This document shows positions 8,301-16,993 of a DNA stretch of 33,479 nt, in pieces; positions within the stretch are counted from its first letter, which is position 1; each line of letters begins with the position of its first letter. The notes beneath the pieces are model-generated. The model did not search any database. It had not been told where the DNA came from and saw nothing but the letters and a program-made list of their open reading frames with translations. A program made the position numbers and the translations under genes. Source of the DNA: a virus (lineage: Duplodnaviria; Caudoviricetes); the IMG/VR virus record IMGVR_UViG_3300034122_002487, positions 1 through 33,479 of that record; one strand, written 5' to 3'.

Positions 8301-11300
8301 TTGATCTCGTCGAAATCGCTGCCGCCGTGGACCAGCAAGAACACGCGCTGGCGACTGGCGGTGATGGATGGGTTGGCCGGGTCGAACGCGCCGCTGTTGC
8401 CGGTGGCGGACTTGATCTGATCGGGGCGGAAGGCGATGTAGATACCGTCGCCAAGATCAACACCATCAAAACCCTCATCTTGAAGAAGTTTTCGGTGTCT
8501 TGCGTCGTGGTCGGCCCAACCTGTTTTTTCGCTCTGCGCCTCGGCAATCTTGCGTGTCCTCAAATAATCTCGACGCGATGCCGGGTTCTGAATCGAAAGG
8601 TACAGCGGGTAAACAAGAGGAGAGTCCGTTCCGCGAGCCGAGATACCCGCATACTCGGACGCAACCCCCGGGTCAGAGGCGCTCCAAATTCCAAGCGCCT
8701 TGTTTGGGTTGTACTTGAACTCAGAAAAGTCTTTCCCGCTGCCGTGGTACACCACCATCGGCTCACCGTTGGCATCCACAACCTTGCTGTCGCCGAACCA
8801 CCGCTTGAACTCAGGCGTATCGGTCTGACGCTGGCGGCTGGCAGTGATCTTCGCCTCGCCATCGTTGGCGGGCTTGGCTGCGATCGGGATCGTCTTCTTG
8901 CCACCGCCGGCCAGGGCCTTCTGGGTCTTGATGACCAGGGTGTCGCCGTCGCGGTCGGGGTCGTAGTCGAGGAAGAAGCCGTTGTGCTTGACCGCGGCGT
9001 CCTCGGGCTTGGTGGTCTTGTCCTTGTTGGTCAGGCCGACGATCATGCCCTGGTTGAGCTCGTTGCCGGGCTGGCCGGGCTTGGGATCCAGGAAGCGCGC
9101 GTCGTAGTTGTCGCCGTCCCAGACCTGGAACCGCTGGCCGGTACGCTCGTCCAGGATGAACTTGGGCATGGCGGTGCGGCTGGTGAACGCCATCGCGACG
9201 TTCATGCCCTTGGTCAGACGGTCGTCGACCATCTTGTCCCAGTTGCTTTCCTTGTTCACCACGACCTTGCCGTTGACGATCTGGCTGGCGCCCGTCGAGC
9301 TGTAGGTCAGGTGGTGGTTCGGGGCGATCGAGTTGCTGGGCAGCTTCGTGTAGTCATAGAACATCACGCCGGGGAAGGCGTCGATGATTCCCTCGAAGGT
9401 CTGCGGCCGGAAGTCGCTCGTGACGTTCAGGCGCACCGTGGGCTGGTAGTCCTCCTTGGCCGCGGCGCGCTGGAACTTCTCGATCTCGTTGTGCAGCACG
9501 ATCGCGAAGTCCTCGGGGTGCTGCACCAGGGCCTCGGTCTTGAGGTACTGGGCCAGACGCGGGCCGGACTTGAACTGACCCTCGCCACCGTAGAGCAGGT
9601 TCTGGCCGGACGTCTCGCCCAGGCACAGGCCTTCGCAGATCGCTGAGTTCGGGCAGGTCGAGAGGTTCTTCTCGTTGATCTTCTGGGCGCTGGCGAGACC
9701 CAGGCCCATCGACATCACGTCCTTGCCGTTGTAGTTGTTGAGCCCGTAGCCGCCGGTGTTTGTCTTCTCGAGCTTGCCGTTGACGCCAAGCAGCGTGCCG
9801 ACGTTGTGCTCGTCCTTGAGCACTTGGCGCGCTTGCTCCAGGCGAGCCTTGCGTGCCGCTCCGTCGAGTTGCAGGTACTGGTTGAGCGAATCGCCGATGC
9901 GTTGCTGCAGGTCGGTGAGCTTGGTCTCCTTCGACAGCGCGCGGGTGCGCGGCGCATCGAGGGTGAACAGCTTGGTCATCTTCGACTTGTAGGCCTGACC
10001 TTCGGCGACCGGGATGAAGAAGTCCTTGCGACCGTCCGGGTACTCCTTGTCCAGGTGCAGCAGGCGCGGGTCGACCTGGAGCAGCACGTTCGCGCCGTCC
10101 ATCTGGTGGTCAATGTTGCCCGGCTCGTTCATGACCTTCGGCCCGCTGGACTCGTTGGTCAGGTAGATGCGGTTGGCGTCGGGCGTCGCACCGGTGAGCT
10201 TCTTCGTGCGAGCCAGTTCGCGCGCCACGGCGTTGCTCGTCGGGAAGTACAGCGTGACGGTGCCGTTCTTGTTGAGCGGCAGGCCGGTAAGCGGATCGTT
10301 AGCCCGGCCCTTGGCGAACTCCTTCTCGCCGTAGGGACGCTTGACCGAGAACTTGGTGCCCTCGCCGTCCAACGGCACCGAGATCTGGCCCTCGGAGGTG
10401 TACGGCGCCATGCCGGTACGCTCCTCGTAGACCTCAGCCTTCTTGACGTCGGCGGCGTCGGACTTCTGCCAGTCGCGCTGCGCGCTCTTCGTGATCCGCG
10501 GATCGCTGGTGGGCCGCTCGTTGAAGACGGACTTCACCTGCTCCGGCCGGAAGGCCATCACCTCGATGAAGCCACCAGGGCCACCGCGCTCGACGACACC
10601 GTCATAGCCTTCGGCGATGAGCTGGTCGGTGATGCGCTGGCTCTCCTCGGGCGTGCGCTTGGCACGGCCGAATCGCTCGACGAAATCGTCGGCGTCGATC
10701 GGGTTCTTCACCGATGCGAAGACCGGGTACATCTGACCCTTCTCGCCCTTGGTGTAGCCCTCGGAGCGGCGGGCCGAGCTGCTCATGTAGATGCCGGTGC
10801 CGTACAGACCCGGCTCGGTGGTGAACGACTCGACGCCCTCGGCCGGCAGGCTCTCGCCGCGCATGCCGCGGTACAGCATCACCGGCTTGCCGGTGGCCGT
10901 GCGGACTTGGCTGTCCTTGTAGAACTCCTTGAACTCCGGGGTCTCGGTCTGGCGCTGCGCGCTCAGGCGCAGCTTGTCCAGGCCGAACTCGCGCTCGACC
11001 TCGGAGACCGGCGCACGCGCGGGGGCGGCGGCTGGAGCTGCAGCCGGTGTAGCACCCGGTGCTACAGCCGCGGCCGGCGCGGCCTGCTCGGCCTTGGCCA
11101 CCTCCATCTGAAGGCGCGCGGCCGGCTCGCGTTGCTGCTGGGCGTAGGTGACCAGCGCCTGCTTCACGGCGGCCTGGATCGCGTTGAGGTCCTTGACCAG
11201 GGCCTCGGTGTCGGTGAATCCGCCCTGCGTGACGGCCTGCTTGAATGCGCGGATCGACTTGTTGATTGCAGCGGCCAAGCGAACGATGATGCCGCGCGCA

Positions 11301-14300
11301 CCTTCCGGGTTCTGCGCAGCGATCTCCTCGAACACTTGCCCCAGGAAGTCGGGGTCCATCAGCACCCGGTTGCCCACCAAGTCGCTGGTGATCTCTTCCA
11401 GGTCCGCGCCCTCGCGATAGTCCTCGGCGCCGTCGCGCAAGTTGCGCTTCACCACGGCCTCGAGCGCCGCGTAGGCCTCGGGGTTTTCCCGCTTGAGCAG
11501 GTGCGTGAGCTCGTGGAAGAACACCGCCAGCGGGGAGGCCTCGGTGCTGGTGTTCACGTAGATCGACTGGTTGTCGCCGGCCTGCACGAAGCCGTCGGCG
11601 CGCAGCGTCGGCGACTCGAAGACGACGAGCCGCTTGCCGAAGATCCGCGCTACCTGCTTGAGCAGGCGACCGGTGTTGCCCATGCGCGAGGCGTCGACGA
11701 CCGTCACCTCGTGCTTGACCGGCTGGCCTTGGGCGTCGTTGCCGTCGTTGACGGTGAAAGTGGCGCCGGGCACCGGGTCGCGCTTGCTGGAGAACTTCGC
11801 GCCGGTCGTGATGATCATGCCGCCGCTGGGCTGAGCCAGTCGGCCTTCGTTCGCTGCGGCTTCCAGGCGAGCCTGGGCGTCGCCCTCAACGGCGGCGGGC
11901 GCCGCACCGCGCTGCTCCTGCTTACGCGCAAGCAGCTCGATCTGCGCACTGCGGCGCGTGACCGCCGGCAGGTTCTCGTTGCCAGCGGTCGTGCGCAGCT
12001 GCTCGTCAGTCAGCGAGCTCGCCGGCACGCCACCGACCCTCGCCGGGCGCGGCAGGTTGTTGCCGGTGCGGATGGCCTCATTGCGGCCCAGGAATGCACT
12101 GCGCGGCTCCAGGCCCGTCTCGACCTGAATGCCCTCGGCCTGCGCGGCTGGGGCCTGGGCAGCTGCCCGCTCCACGCGGGCGGTGGCACCCTCGACCGTC
12201 AGGTCCTGCTCGGTCAGCGGCCGGTTGCCGTACAGGCTCACGGCCTCGGCCAGCACCGGGCTCACGCCGCGCGAGCGCAGCTCCTCGACCTGCACGCCGG
12301 TGGGCGCCGCCTCGGGCGTGGCCTGGGCGGCTGCGCTCTCGATGCGCTCCTGGCTGGACGCGGGCAGTGCGCGCTGGGCCTCCAGGGCCTGCGTCACGTC
12401 CGCATCCGAAATGCGCCCGGCTTCGTAGTCTTGAACGAAGGCGCGTGCAGCAGGCGTGTTGGTCTCGCGCATCTGCTGCACGAAGGTCTGCTCGATGCTG
12501 ACCTCCGGCGCTGCGGAGGGCTGCTCGGCCTTTCGGCCCTGCAGGTCAGGCGTGTACTCGAACGCGGGTGCAGCGGGCTGCTGACGCGTGGACTCGCGAG
12601 CACCGAACCCCAGGCCTGCTTCCTGACCCACGGCCACACCGGTGGCAGCGGTGAGCTGCTCGTCAGTCGAGGCGGGCCGCCCCAGGCTGGGGTCGATGCT
12701 GTTGAACGGCTGGCCCATGTTGGCCGCGCGCAGCAGCTCGGCCTCGTAGGGCGAGGCCACGCCACCGCGAGCCTCGATGGCCGCCATCGTGCGGCTGACC
12801 ATGTCCTGGCGCGGCGCGTCTTCGGCGCGGCGCTGCTGCTCTTGCCCGGCCAGGGCGGCAGACTCGATGCGGCTCTGCGCAGCCGCGGGCGACGGCGCGG
12901 GGGCGGCGGTGTTGAGCTCGAGGTCGGCGGCCTGCAGCGGCATCTGCGCGCGGGCGATCGCCAGCTTGCCAGCCTCCGACGGGTGCGAAACGATCTGCAG
13001 CGTCAGCGGCTCGGCGAGCTGATCGCGCAGCACGGCCAGACGCTGCCGGGCCTCCATCGGCTCCATCGGCTTGAGGTCGACGAACTGCTCGGCGGTGCGC
13101 GGCGCAGCCGGCGGCAGCGCGGCCTGGGCTTGCTCGAGCGCCATGCGCTGGTCGAACCCGGTGCCAGCCTGATTGGCCTGACCGACCAGCTCCGCGTTGC
13201 GGTCAGCCATCTGGCGCAGTGCCGGGATGCTGGTCAGCGGCGCGGGCGCAGGAGTGGCCAGCGGCACGTTGGCCACCTGCTCTGCGATCGAGACTGCCTC
13301 GTCGATGGTGCGCGCCTTGGTGATGTCGCTGGGCTGGACGTACGCGGTAACGGCCGCCTCGAGCTCAGGCAACGTCGCGGCGAGCTCACGCTGCGCCGCG
13401 GGCGTGCCGGGGGCCGCGGGCGGCGGCGCGTCGGCGCGTTGCTGCGACATGGCCTGCGTGAGGATGCCGGGCTCGTTGAGTCGGTTGGCGACGTAGAGTT
13501 CGGGCAGCGACTGCGACAGACCGGCCACACCTTCCAGCACGGCCTCCGTCGGCGAGAACTCGCCGGTGGCCACGAACTCGCCCAGGCCTTCGCCCAGACC
13601 TTCGCCCACCGACTGCAGCCCCACGGCGCTGGCGCCACGGCCGGTACGTCGGGCCAGGGTGTTGGTGGTCTCGAAGGCCGTCTTCTGTGCGGACGTGACC
13701 GACGCGCGCAGCGCCGGGTCCAGCAGGCCCTCACGCGCCATGGCCTCGATGGTCGCCTTCTCGACGGCCTCAACAGTGGCCTTCTGGCTGGCGCCCTTGC
13801 TGGCCGACACGGCCGCCTGTTGCGCTTCGCGGATGCTCTGCGCTGCGCGGGCAGCGTCGATGCCGGCGTCCTGCAGCGTGCGGACCGTGGCCTGCTCGAC
13901 GGCACGGCCGGCTGCGCCCAGCACGAACTTGCTGGCACCCAGGGTGACAGCGTCGACGCCGGTGATCACGGCGCCCTTGGTCGCGCCCTCACGCAGCGCC
14001 GCACTGCGGTCCTCAGGGGTGAACGTGCCCTGGCCCGCCTTCTCGATCGCCTTGCCACCGGTTTCCAGCAGCGTGTTGGCCCCGAACAGGCCAGCCAGGA
14101 AACCGCCGACACCGCCGATGGCCGCGCCGACCGGGCCGCCCACGAGCGCGCCGCCCGCTGCACCAGCCTTCGCACCGGCAAAACCGGCGCCCAGGGACAA
14201 GGCAGCGTTGGGTGCCTGTTCGGCGATGAGCTGCACGCCACCGGACGGATTGGCCGCCACGGCACCTGCGACGTTCTTGATGCCCTGGACGATCGTGTCG

Positions 14301-14614
14301 TCGCCGGTCTTCTTGCGCGCCTGCAGGTCGGCCTTCAGGGCCTTGAGCGCGTCAGCTTCAGACCCAAGCTCTAAGTCGCGCGCCTCTCGCGCACGCTCGA
14401 CAACACTGGCCCGGTCATCACCGAAGGTGCTTATCGCAGCACGCGCTGAGCCAACCGTTTTCTTAGCACCTTCAACAACAGCCGAACCGATGTCGGTGAT
14501 GTCTTCCATCAGCGACGTCTTCCTCGGCTTCTCCTGCTTTTTTCCGAACATCTCCTCGTCACTGAGGTAGCTGCCCGTACCGAAGATCTCGTCGTCGCTG
14601 AGGTACTTGCTCAT
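5393..14614 (-). CDS. 3073-aa polyvalent internal virion/ejection protein (metallopeptidase, several ART-like domains, GP88-like domain, helical C-terminal region)
   Basis: Last gene of the ejection cluster; Gly-zipper hydrophobic segments near the N-terminus; HELTH at 11501-11515; ART-PolyVal-type motifs; CPNSAICEGLC, RLNVTSD and FYDYTK. Confidence 0.9.
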   Translation of the reverse strand: MSKYLSDDEIFGTGSYLSDEEMFGKKQEKPRKTSLMEDITDIGSAVVEGAKKTVGSARAAISTFGDDRASVVERAREARDLELGSEADALKALKADLQARKKTGDDTIVQGIKNVAGAVAANPSGGVQLIAEQAPNAALSLGAGFAGAKAGAAGGALVGGPVGAAIGGVGGFLAGLFGANTLLETGGKAIEKAGQGTFTPEDRSAALREGATKGAVITGVDAVTLGASKFVLGAAGRAVEQATVRTLQDAGIDAARAAQSIREAQQAAVSASKGASQKATVEAVEKATIEAMAREGLLDPALRASVTSAQKTAFETTNTLARRTGRGASAVGLQSVGEGLGEGLGEFVATGEFSPTEAVLEGVAGLSQSLPELYVANRLNEPGILTQAMSQQRADAPPPAAPGTPAAQRELAATLPELEAAVTAYVQPSDITKARTIDEAVSIAEQVANVPLATPAPAPLTSIPALRQMADRNAELVGQANQAGTGFDQRMALEQAQAALPPAAPRTAEQFVDLKPMEPMEARQRLAVLRDQLAEPLTLQIVSHPSEAGKLAIARAQMPLQAADLELNTAAPAPSPAAAQSRIESAALAGQEQQRRAEDAPRQDMVSRTMAAIEARGGVASPYEAELLRAANMGQPFNSIDPSLGRPASTDEQLTAATGVAVGQEAGLGFGARESTRQQPAAPAFEYTPDLQGRKAEQPSAAPEVSIEQTFVQQMRETNTPAARAFVQDYEAGRISDADVTQALEAQRALPASSQERIESAAAQATPEAAPTGVQVEELRSRGVSPVLAEAVSLYGNRPLTEQDLTVEGATARVERAAAQAPAAQAEGIQVETGLEPRSAFLGRNEAIRTGNNLPRPARVGGVPASSLTDEQLRTTAGNENLPAVTRRSAQIELLARKQEQRGAAPAAVEGDAQARLEAAANEGRLAQPSGGMIITTGAKFSSKRDPVPGATFTVNDGNDAQGQPVKHEVTVVDASRMGNTGRLLKQVARIFGKRLVVFESPTLRADGFVQAGDNQSIYVNTSTEASPLAVFFHELTHLLKRENPEAYAALEAVVKRNLRDGAEDYREGADLEEITSDLVGNRVLMDPDFLGQVFEEIAAQNPEGARGIIVRLAAAINKSIRAFKQAVTQGGFTDTEALVKDLNAIQAAVKQALVTYAQQQREPAARLQMEVAKAEQAAPAAAVAPGATPAAAPAAAPARAPVSEVEREFGLDKLRLSAQRQTETPEFKEFYKDSQVRTATGKPVMLYRGMRGESLPAEGVESFTTEPGLYGTGIYMSSSARRSEGYTKGEKGQMYPVFASVKNPIDADDFVERFGRAKRTPEESQRITDQLIAEGYDGVVERGGPGGFIEVMAFRPEQVKSVFNERPTSDPRITKSAQRDWQKSDAADVKKAEVYEERTGMAPYTSEGQISVPLDGEGTKFSVKRPYGEKEFAKGRANDPLTGLPLNKNGTVTLYFPTSNAVARELARTKKLTGATPDANRIYLTNESSGPKVMNEPGNIDHQMDGANVLLQVDPRLLHLDKEYPDGRKDFFIPVAEGQAYKSKMTKLFTLDAPRTRALSKETKLTDLQQRIGDSLNQYLQLDGAARKARLEQARQVLKDEHNVGTLLGVNGKLEKTNTGGYGLNNYNGKDVMSMGLGLASAQKINEKNLSTCPNSAICEGLCLGETSGQNLLYGGEGQFKSGPRLAQYLKTEALVQHPEDFAIVLHNEIEKFQRAAAKEDYQPTVRLNVTSDFRPQTFEGIIDAFPGVMFYDYTKLPSNSIAPNHHLTYSSTGASQIVNGKVVVNKESNWDKMVDDRLTKGMNVAMAFTSRTAMPKFILDERTGQRFQVWDGDNYDARFLDPKPGQPGNELNQGMIVGLTNKDKTTKPEDAAVKHNGFFLDYDPDRDGDTLVIKTQKALAGGGKKTIPIAAKPANDGEAKITASRQRQTDTPEFKRWFGDSKVVDANGEPMVVYHGSGKDFSEFKYNPNKALGIWSASDPGVASEYAGISARGTDSPLVYPLYLSIQNPASRRDYLRTRKIAEAQSEKTGWADHDARHRKLLQDEGFDGVDLGDGIYIAFRPDQIKSATGNSGAFDPANPSITASRQRVFLLVHGGSDFDEINPRFFGQGEPGGLRPLGKGFYGYLIRGSDDVDTAVQMARAYTKYAPTDETALQVFKLTLEPGEVYFAGRVWDEDLLSDADRARRDDFRAANALPAGPERRAAYDALEKKYPDTGERANRNSRALTTEVLFDGKLIEAATGQPSRLSRVGKFSTGMDDAEIADSIKASFLDSEGNVQLSRQRDTGWRDETGRAQFAPGAVAYRYAADVANAVLDKVGLKPISTELGRAMRKMKVEVERAQNLTVDVAEKLKTLSEEERQMISDVIEGELKAGVTPPKKILDLAASMQTIMSEQSAELVRLGMLSPEAAGRWEGKYLPRFYESKLKGEVQGWARAALELVRKPRTMQGIRGSNLKSRGIFKTIPVDELDQWTAEGWEQRDPGFNPAKDRETQVWRDFTREEREEMGEIRDAMFRFVMGYNATQRDVALGRMYERIAQDVASRTEREGFVQVPDTKVTDTQARRYGALAGMYVPKEVMDHLSAYDGTMQNEIVKMYLSALSKWKEGKTVLNPVSHANNILSNLTMAHFAGVSYWDAGKYAGAVRDLMRNDPMVKEAQDAGLFLGTFSRADLLKDMPDQLKMLAGASEGKIAKAGNTVWNALSFFLNKPLGKAYDAEDQFFRYLIYRDARKRGLESDDAVEYAQRFIFTYDDLPKTARIIRDTALPFFSYTYKVVPALASTALEKPWRFAAPAGILYGVNALFYAMAQAAGEGEDDDWLEAARRYITDPAFRARTKALEESERANLPEWMKGMSATLGTPKAIRLGMDDVTNLPLFLDVSKIFPGGDLLDAVNNSGGVAMLQPLTPSSPLLTTFVAMMANRDMFLGKDVTKGSDTQGELAEKRGEWLWRQFSPALAVGNYHWDRTLNAIASITGEPVLGYTGFGKDGLPVQPGLAALQTVGVKVRPIDLEMSERIEQSDRKRLIRELDAEIRRLNQLEARGAITPDNAEAQRELQREKRIRLREGLTVDGEER

Positions 14615-14629
14615 AGGTGCTCTCGATTG

Positions 14630-15796
14630 TTACTTCAGCTTCCAGCCCGTGCCGTCCCACACCGCGGTCTTGCCCTTGTGTGGGCCCGCGGCGACGACGC
14701 GCTCAGCGCCGACCTTGAATGGGCCCGTATTAGTCGGGGCCTGCTCTGGTGCAGGTTTGGTGTCCTTGCTCGGAGCTGGGCTCGGAGCGGGTGCAGGCGT
14801 TGGCGCAGGTGCGCGAGCGCCCAGCCCTTGATTCAGCAGAGTGGTGGCGCGATCTCGCAACTCCACTGCAGCCTCGTACTGGCGCTTCCACTCAGCCTTC
14901 TCTTCGTCGGTGCGGCCGCGGCTGCCATCGAGCAGCGTCTTGATGGTGGTGTTCGCGCTGTTGACCATCGTGGTCAACCGCTCCTGGCTGACCTTGCCGC
15001 CTTCGGCTGCCTTCGCCAGGGCCTCGCGCCCTTGAGCGTTTGCCTTGCCGGCCTGGGCAAGGTTCTCGGTGATCTCAGACCTACCCTTTTCGGTCGTAGC
15101 GGTTGCGCCGGTGTACTGGTTGAAGGCCGTGCCGTCCTTGACGTCCACCAGGGGCTTAGCGTCGCCAGCGGCCATGCCCTGGCCGATGATGCCGGCCTTG
15201 CTCGGGTCACGGATCGCGGCGTCCGACGCGTCGACTTCCTGCTGGTTGCGACGGCCCTTGGTCACGTCGTCGTACTTGCCGCCCAACACGAAGGACTCTT
15301 CGATCTTGGAGAGCACCTGGGCCTTGGCCTTGAGCTCGCGATCGAGTCCAGGCGGGTAGGCCGTGGACTCCATCGCGCCGTACTCGTTGTCCAGCGTCTT
15401 GACCTTGGTCCCAAACGGGGACATGTCGCCGGTCTCGGAGAACCGACGCAGCGCGCGCAGCTCGGGGACGGTCATGCCAGCGCGACGCGCAAGCAGCCCC
15501 TCACCCGAACCGCCCTCGCCCAGGTCCCGCATCGGGATCCCGTCGGGCCCGCTGCCGGAGCCAGTGCGGCCTGCAGCCTGCTGGTCTGCCGTGCGGCGGT
15601 ACAGCGCATCGCGCTCGCGTTCGTAGGCGCGACGCTCCTCGAGCTCGCGACGGCGCTCCTGCTGGCGCTCCTCGAGCTCGCGCCGCCGCTCCTCTTGGCG
15701 ATCCTCATCGCGAATGTCCTGCATCATGTAATTGCCAACGGTGCTACTGGCGTTGGCGAGGCTTTGCCCCAGTGCGCCAAAGATCAGTCCCGACAT
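14630..15796 (-). CDS. Probable internal virion/ejection protein (388 aa)
   Basis: GGAGG RBS before MSGLIFGALG; charged coiled coil, Pro-Ala linker, C-terminal AVWDGTGWKLK; position in the cluster. Confidence 0.75.
   Translation of the reverse strand: MSGLIFGALGQSLANASSTVGNYMMQDIRDEDRQEERRRELEERQQERRRELEERRAYERERDALYRRTADQQAAGRTGSGSGPDGIPMRDLGEGGSGEGLLARRAGMTVPELRALRRFSETGDMSPFGTKVKTLDNEYGAMESTAYPPGLDRELKAKAQVLSKIEESFVLGGKYDDVTKGRRNQQEVDASDAAIRDPSKAGIIGQGMAAGDAKPLVDVKDGTAFNQYTGATATTEKGRSEITENLAQAGKANAQGREALAKAAEGGKVSQERLTTMVNSANTTIKTLLDGSRGRTDEEKAEWKRQYEAAVELRDRATTLLNQGLGARAPAPTPAPAPSPAPSKDTKPAPEQAPTNTGPFKVGAERVVAAGPHKGKTAVWDGTGWKLK
15633..15698. repeat. 33-bp tandem duplication encoding (RQ[EQ]ERRRELEE)x2
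   Basis: CGCTCCTCGAGCTCGCG at 15633 and 15666. Confidence 0.8.
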
Positions 15797-15797
15797 G

Positions 15798-16304
15798 TCA
15801 GGCCTCCTGTTCCGCCATGCGGTCGAACTCGCTGGGGTCGACCTGATCCATCGCCTGTTGCAACTGGGTGGTATCCACGCCCTGCTCACCCAGATAGCGC
15901 AAGATCATTTGCTTGAGGGCCAAAGCAACATCGGCGGCACGCAGCTTGATGCCAGCGGCCTGTGCGATGTCGGCCACCTCTTGGAGAATTCGCGTGGCCA
16001 GCAGCGCGAAGAGCTCGTCCGGCACGGCACCCTCGGTGCGCTCGTCCACGATGCTTGTGATCTCGTAGGCCGTGTTGGCCAAGGCCTCGACGGGGTCCTT
16101 CGAGGTCTTGAGCGACACGGCGACGTTCTCGGCCGCGCCGTTCTCGTACAGCGCCTGCATCGCGAACTTCAGCGCGGTGACGTAGTTGGGATCGCTGTCG
16201 GGATCGACCTCGCCGCCTTGTTGGTTCTGAGGCATCGGGGCCTCGGGCATCGGAGCCTGTGGCGCCGGCGCGGGCTGCATGCCCTGTTCAATGAGTCCAG
16301 CCAT
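15798..16304 (-). CDS. Acidic hypothetical protein of the ejection cluster (168 aa)
   Basis: AAGGAG RBS before MAGLIEQGMQ; helical and acidic. Confidence 0.75.
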   Translation of the reverse strand: MAGLIEQGMQPAPAPQAPMPEAPMPQNQQGGEVDPDSDPNYVTALKFAMQALYENGAAENVAVSLKTSKDPVEALANTAYEITSIVDERTEGAVPDELFALLATRILQEVADIAQAAGIKLRAADVALALKQMILRYLGEQGVDTTQLQQAMDQVDPSEFDRMAEQEA

Positions 16305-16315
16305 GTTGTTCTCCT

Positions 16316-16993
16316 TCAGCCCCACAGGCGCGTGCCGACGTTGGTGTTGTAGCGATCGCGCGCTTCACCAGCGAGCTGCTCCTGACGCTTCTGCTCTTCG
16401 CGCATGCCGTAGCCCTGCATCGCACCGCCAATGAGCTGGCCGCCGGTGGTGATGAGCGCCGGGGCGGCGTACTTGCTGGACATCATCTTGGCGATGAGGC
16501 CCGTGTTGGACGCGGCCCCGGCGCCTGCAGCCTCAGCGCCGAGCACGTTCAGCCCAGTGCTGCTGGTCATCCAGGGGGACGCGGCCGCCTTGGCCGCCGT
16601 AGGTGCAGCCGACTGCACGGCCAGCGGAGCGGCCTCGGCCGCTGCCATAGGCACGCCTGCCGTGGCGGCACTCGTAGCTGCGCTTCCCGCGCCGGTGAAG
16701 CCCTGCGACAGCGCAGAGCCTGCGCCGCTCAAGTTCCCGCTCGTGAGTGCCGAGAACGCGTTTCCTATCCCTGACGCCGCACTGGATAGCCCTGAGCTCA
16801 TCCCCGAAAGGAAGCTGCCTCCCGCAGCCGACGAGCTCAGTCCCCCCATGAGTGCAGCGCCGCCAAAGTAGACGGTCGCAGCGATGAGAAGCGCCTTGCC
16901 CAGCTTGCTGGATGCAACCTTCTTGACGACGTTGGTGACGCCCTTGACCACACCACTGATGGCGCGTCCAACACCTTTGACGACCTTGCTCAT
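16316..16993 (-). CDS. Gly/Ala/Ser-rich ejection (pilot) protein
   Basis: Basic amphipathic N-terminus, hydrophobic Gly-rich segments, C-terminal Gln/Arg helix; typical of small podovirus ejection proteins. Confidence 0.7.
   Translation of the reverse strand: MSKVVKGVGRAISGVVKGVTNVVKKVASSKLGKALLIAATVYFGGAALMGGLSSSAAGGSFLSGMSSGLSSAASGIGNAFSALTSGNLSGAGSALSQGFTGAGSAATSAATAGVPMAAAEAAPLAVQSAAPTAAKAAASPWMTSSTGLNVLGAEAAGAGAASNTGLIAKMMSSKYAAPALITTGGQLIGGAMQGYGMREEQKRQEQLAGEARDRYNTNVGTRLWG

Noticed and set aside
8840-10486. Intein or homing endonuclease inserted in the giant protein
   Set aside because: No C/S...HN splice junctions, LAGLIDADG or HNH motifs recognised; the segment is bounded by the same linker motif as other modules.
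9806-14374. 1522-aa + strand ORF (also 5384-7417, 8195-9646, 14627-15916, 28692-30242 and 343-1566 on -)
   Set aside because: Antisense shadows of real GC-biased genes, with no recognisable motifs and the L/V/G/H/R-rich composition typical of such frames.
5393-14614. N4-type virion RNA polymerase, suggested by size
   Set aside because: No single-subunit RNA polymerase motifs recognised; the content fits a polyvalent ejection protein.
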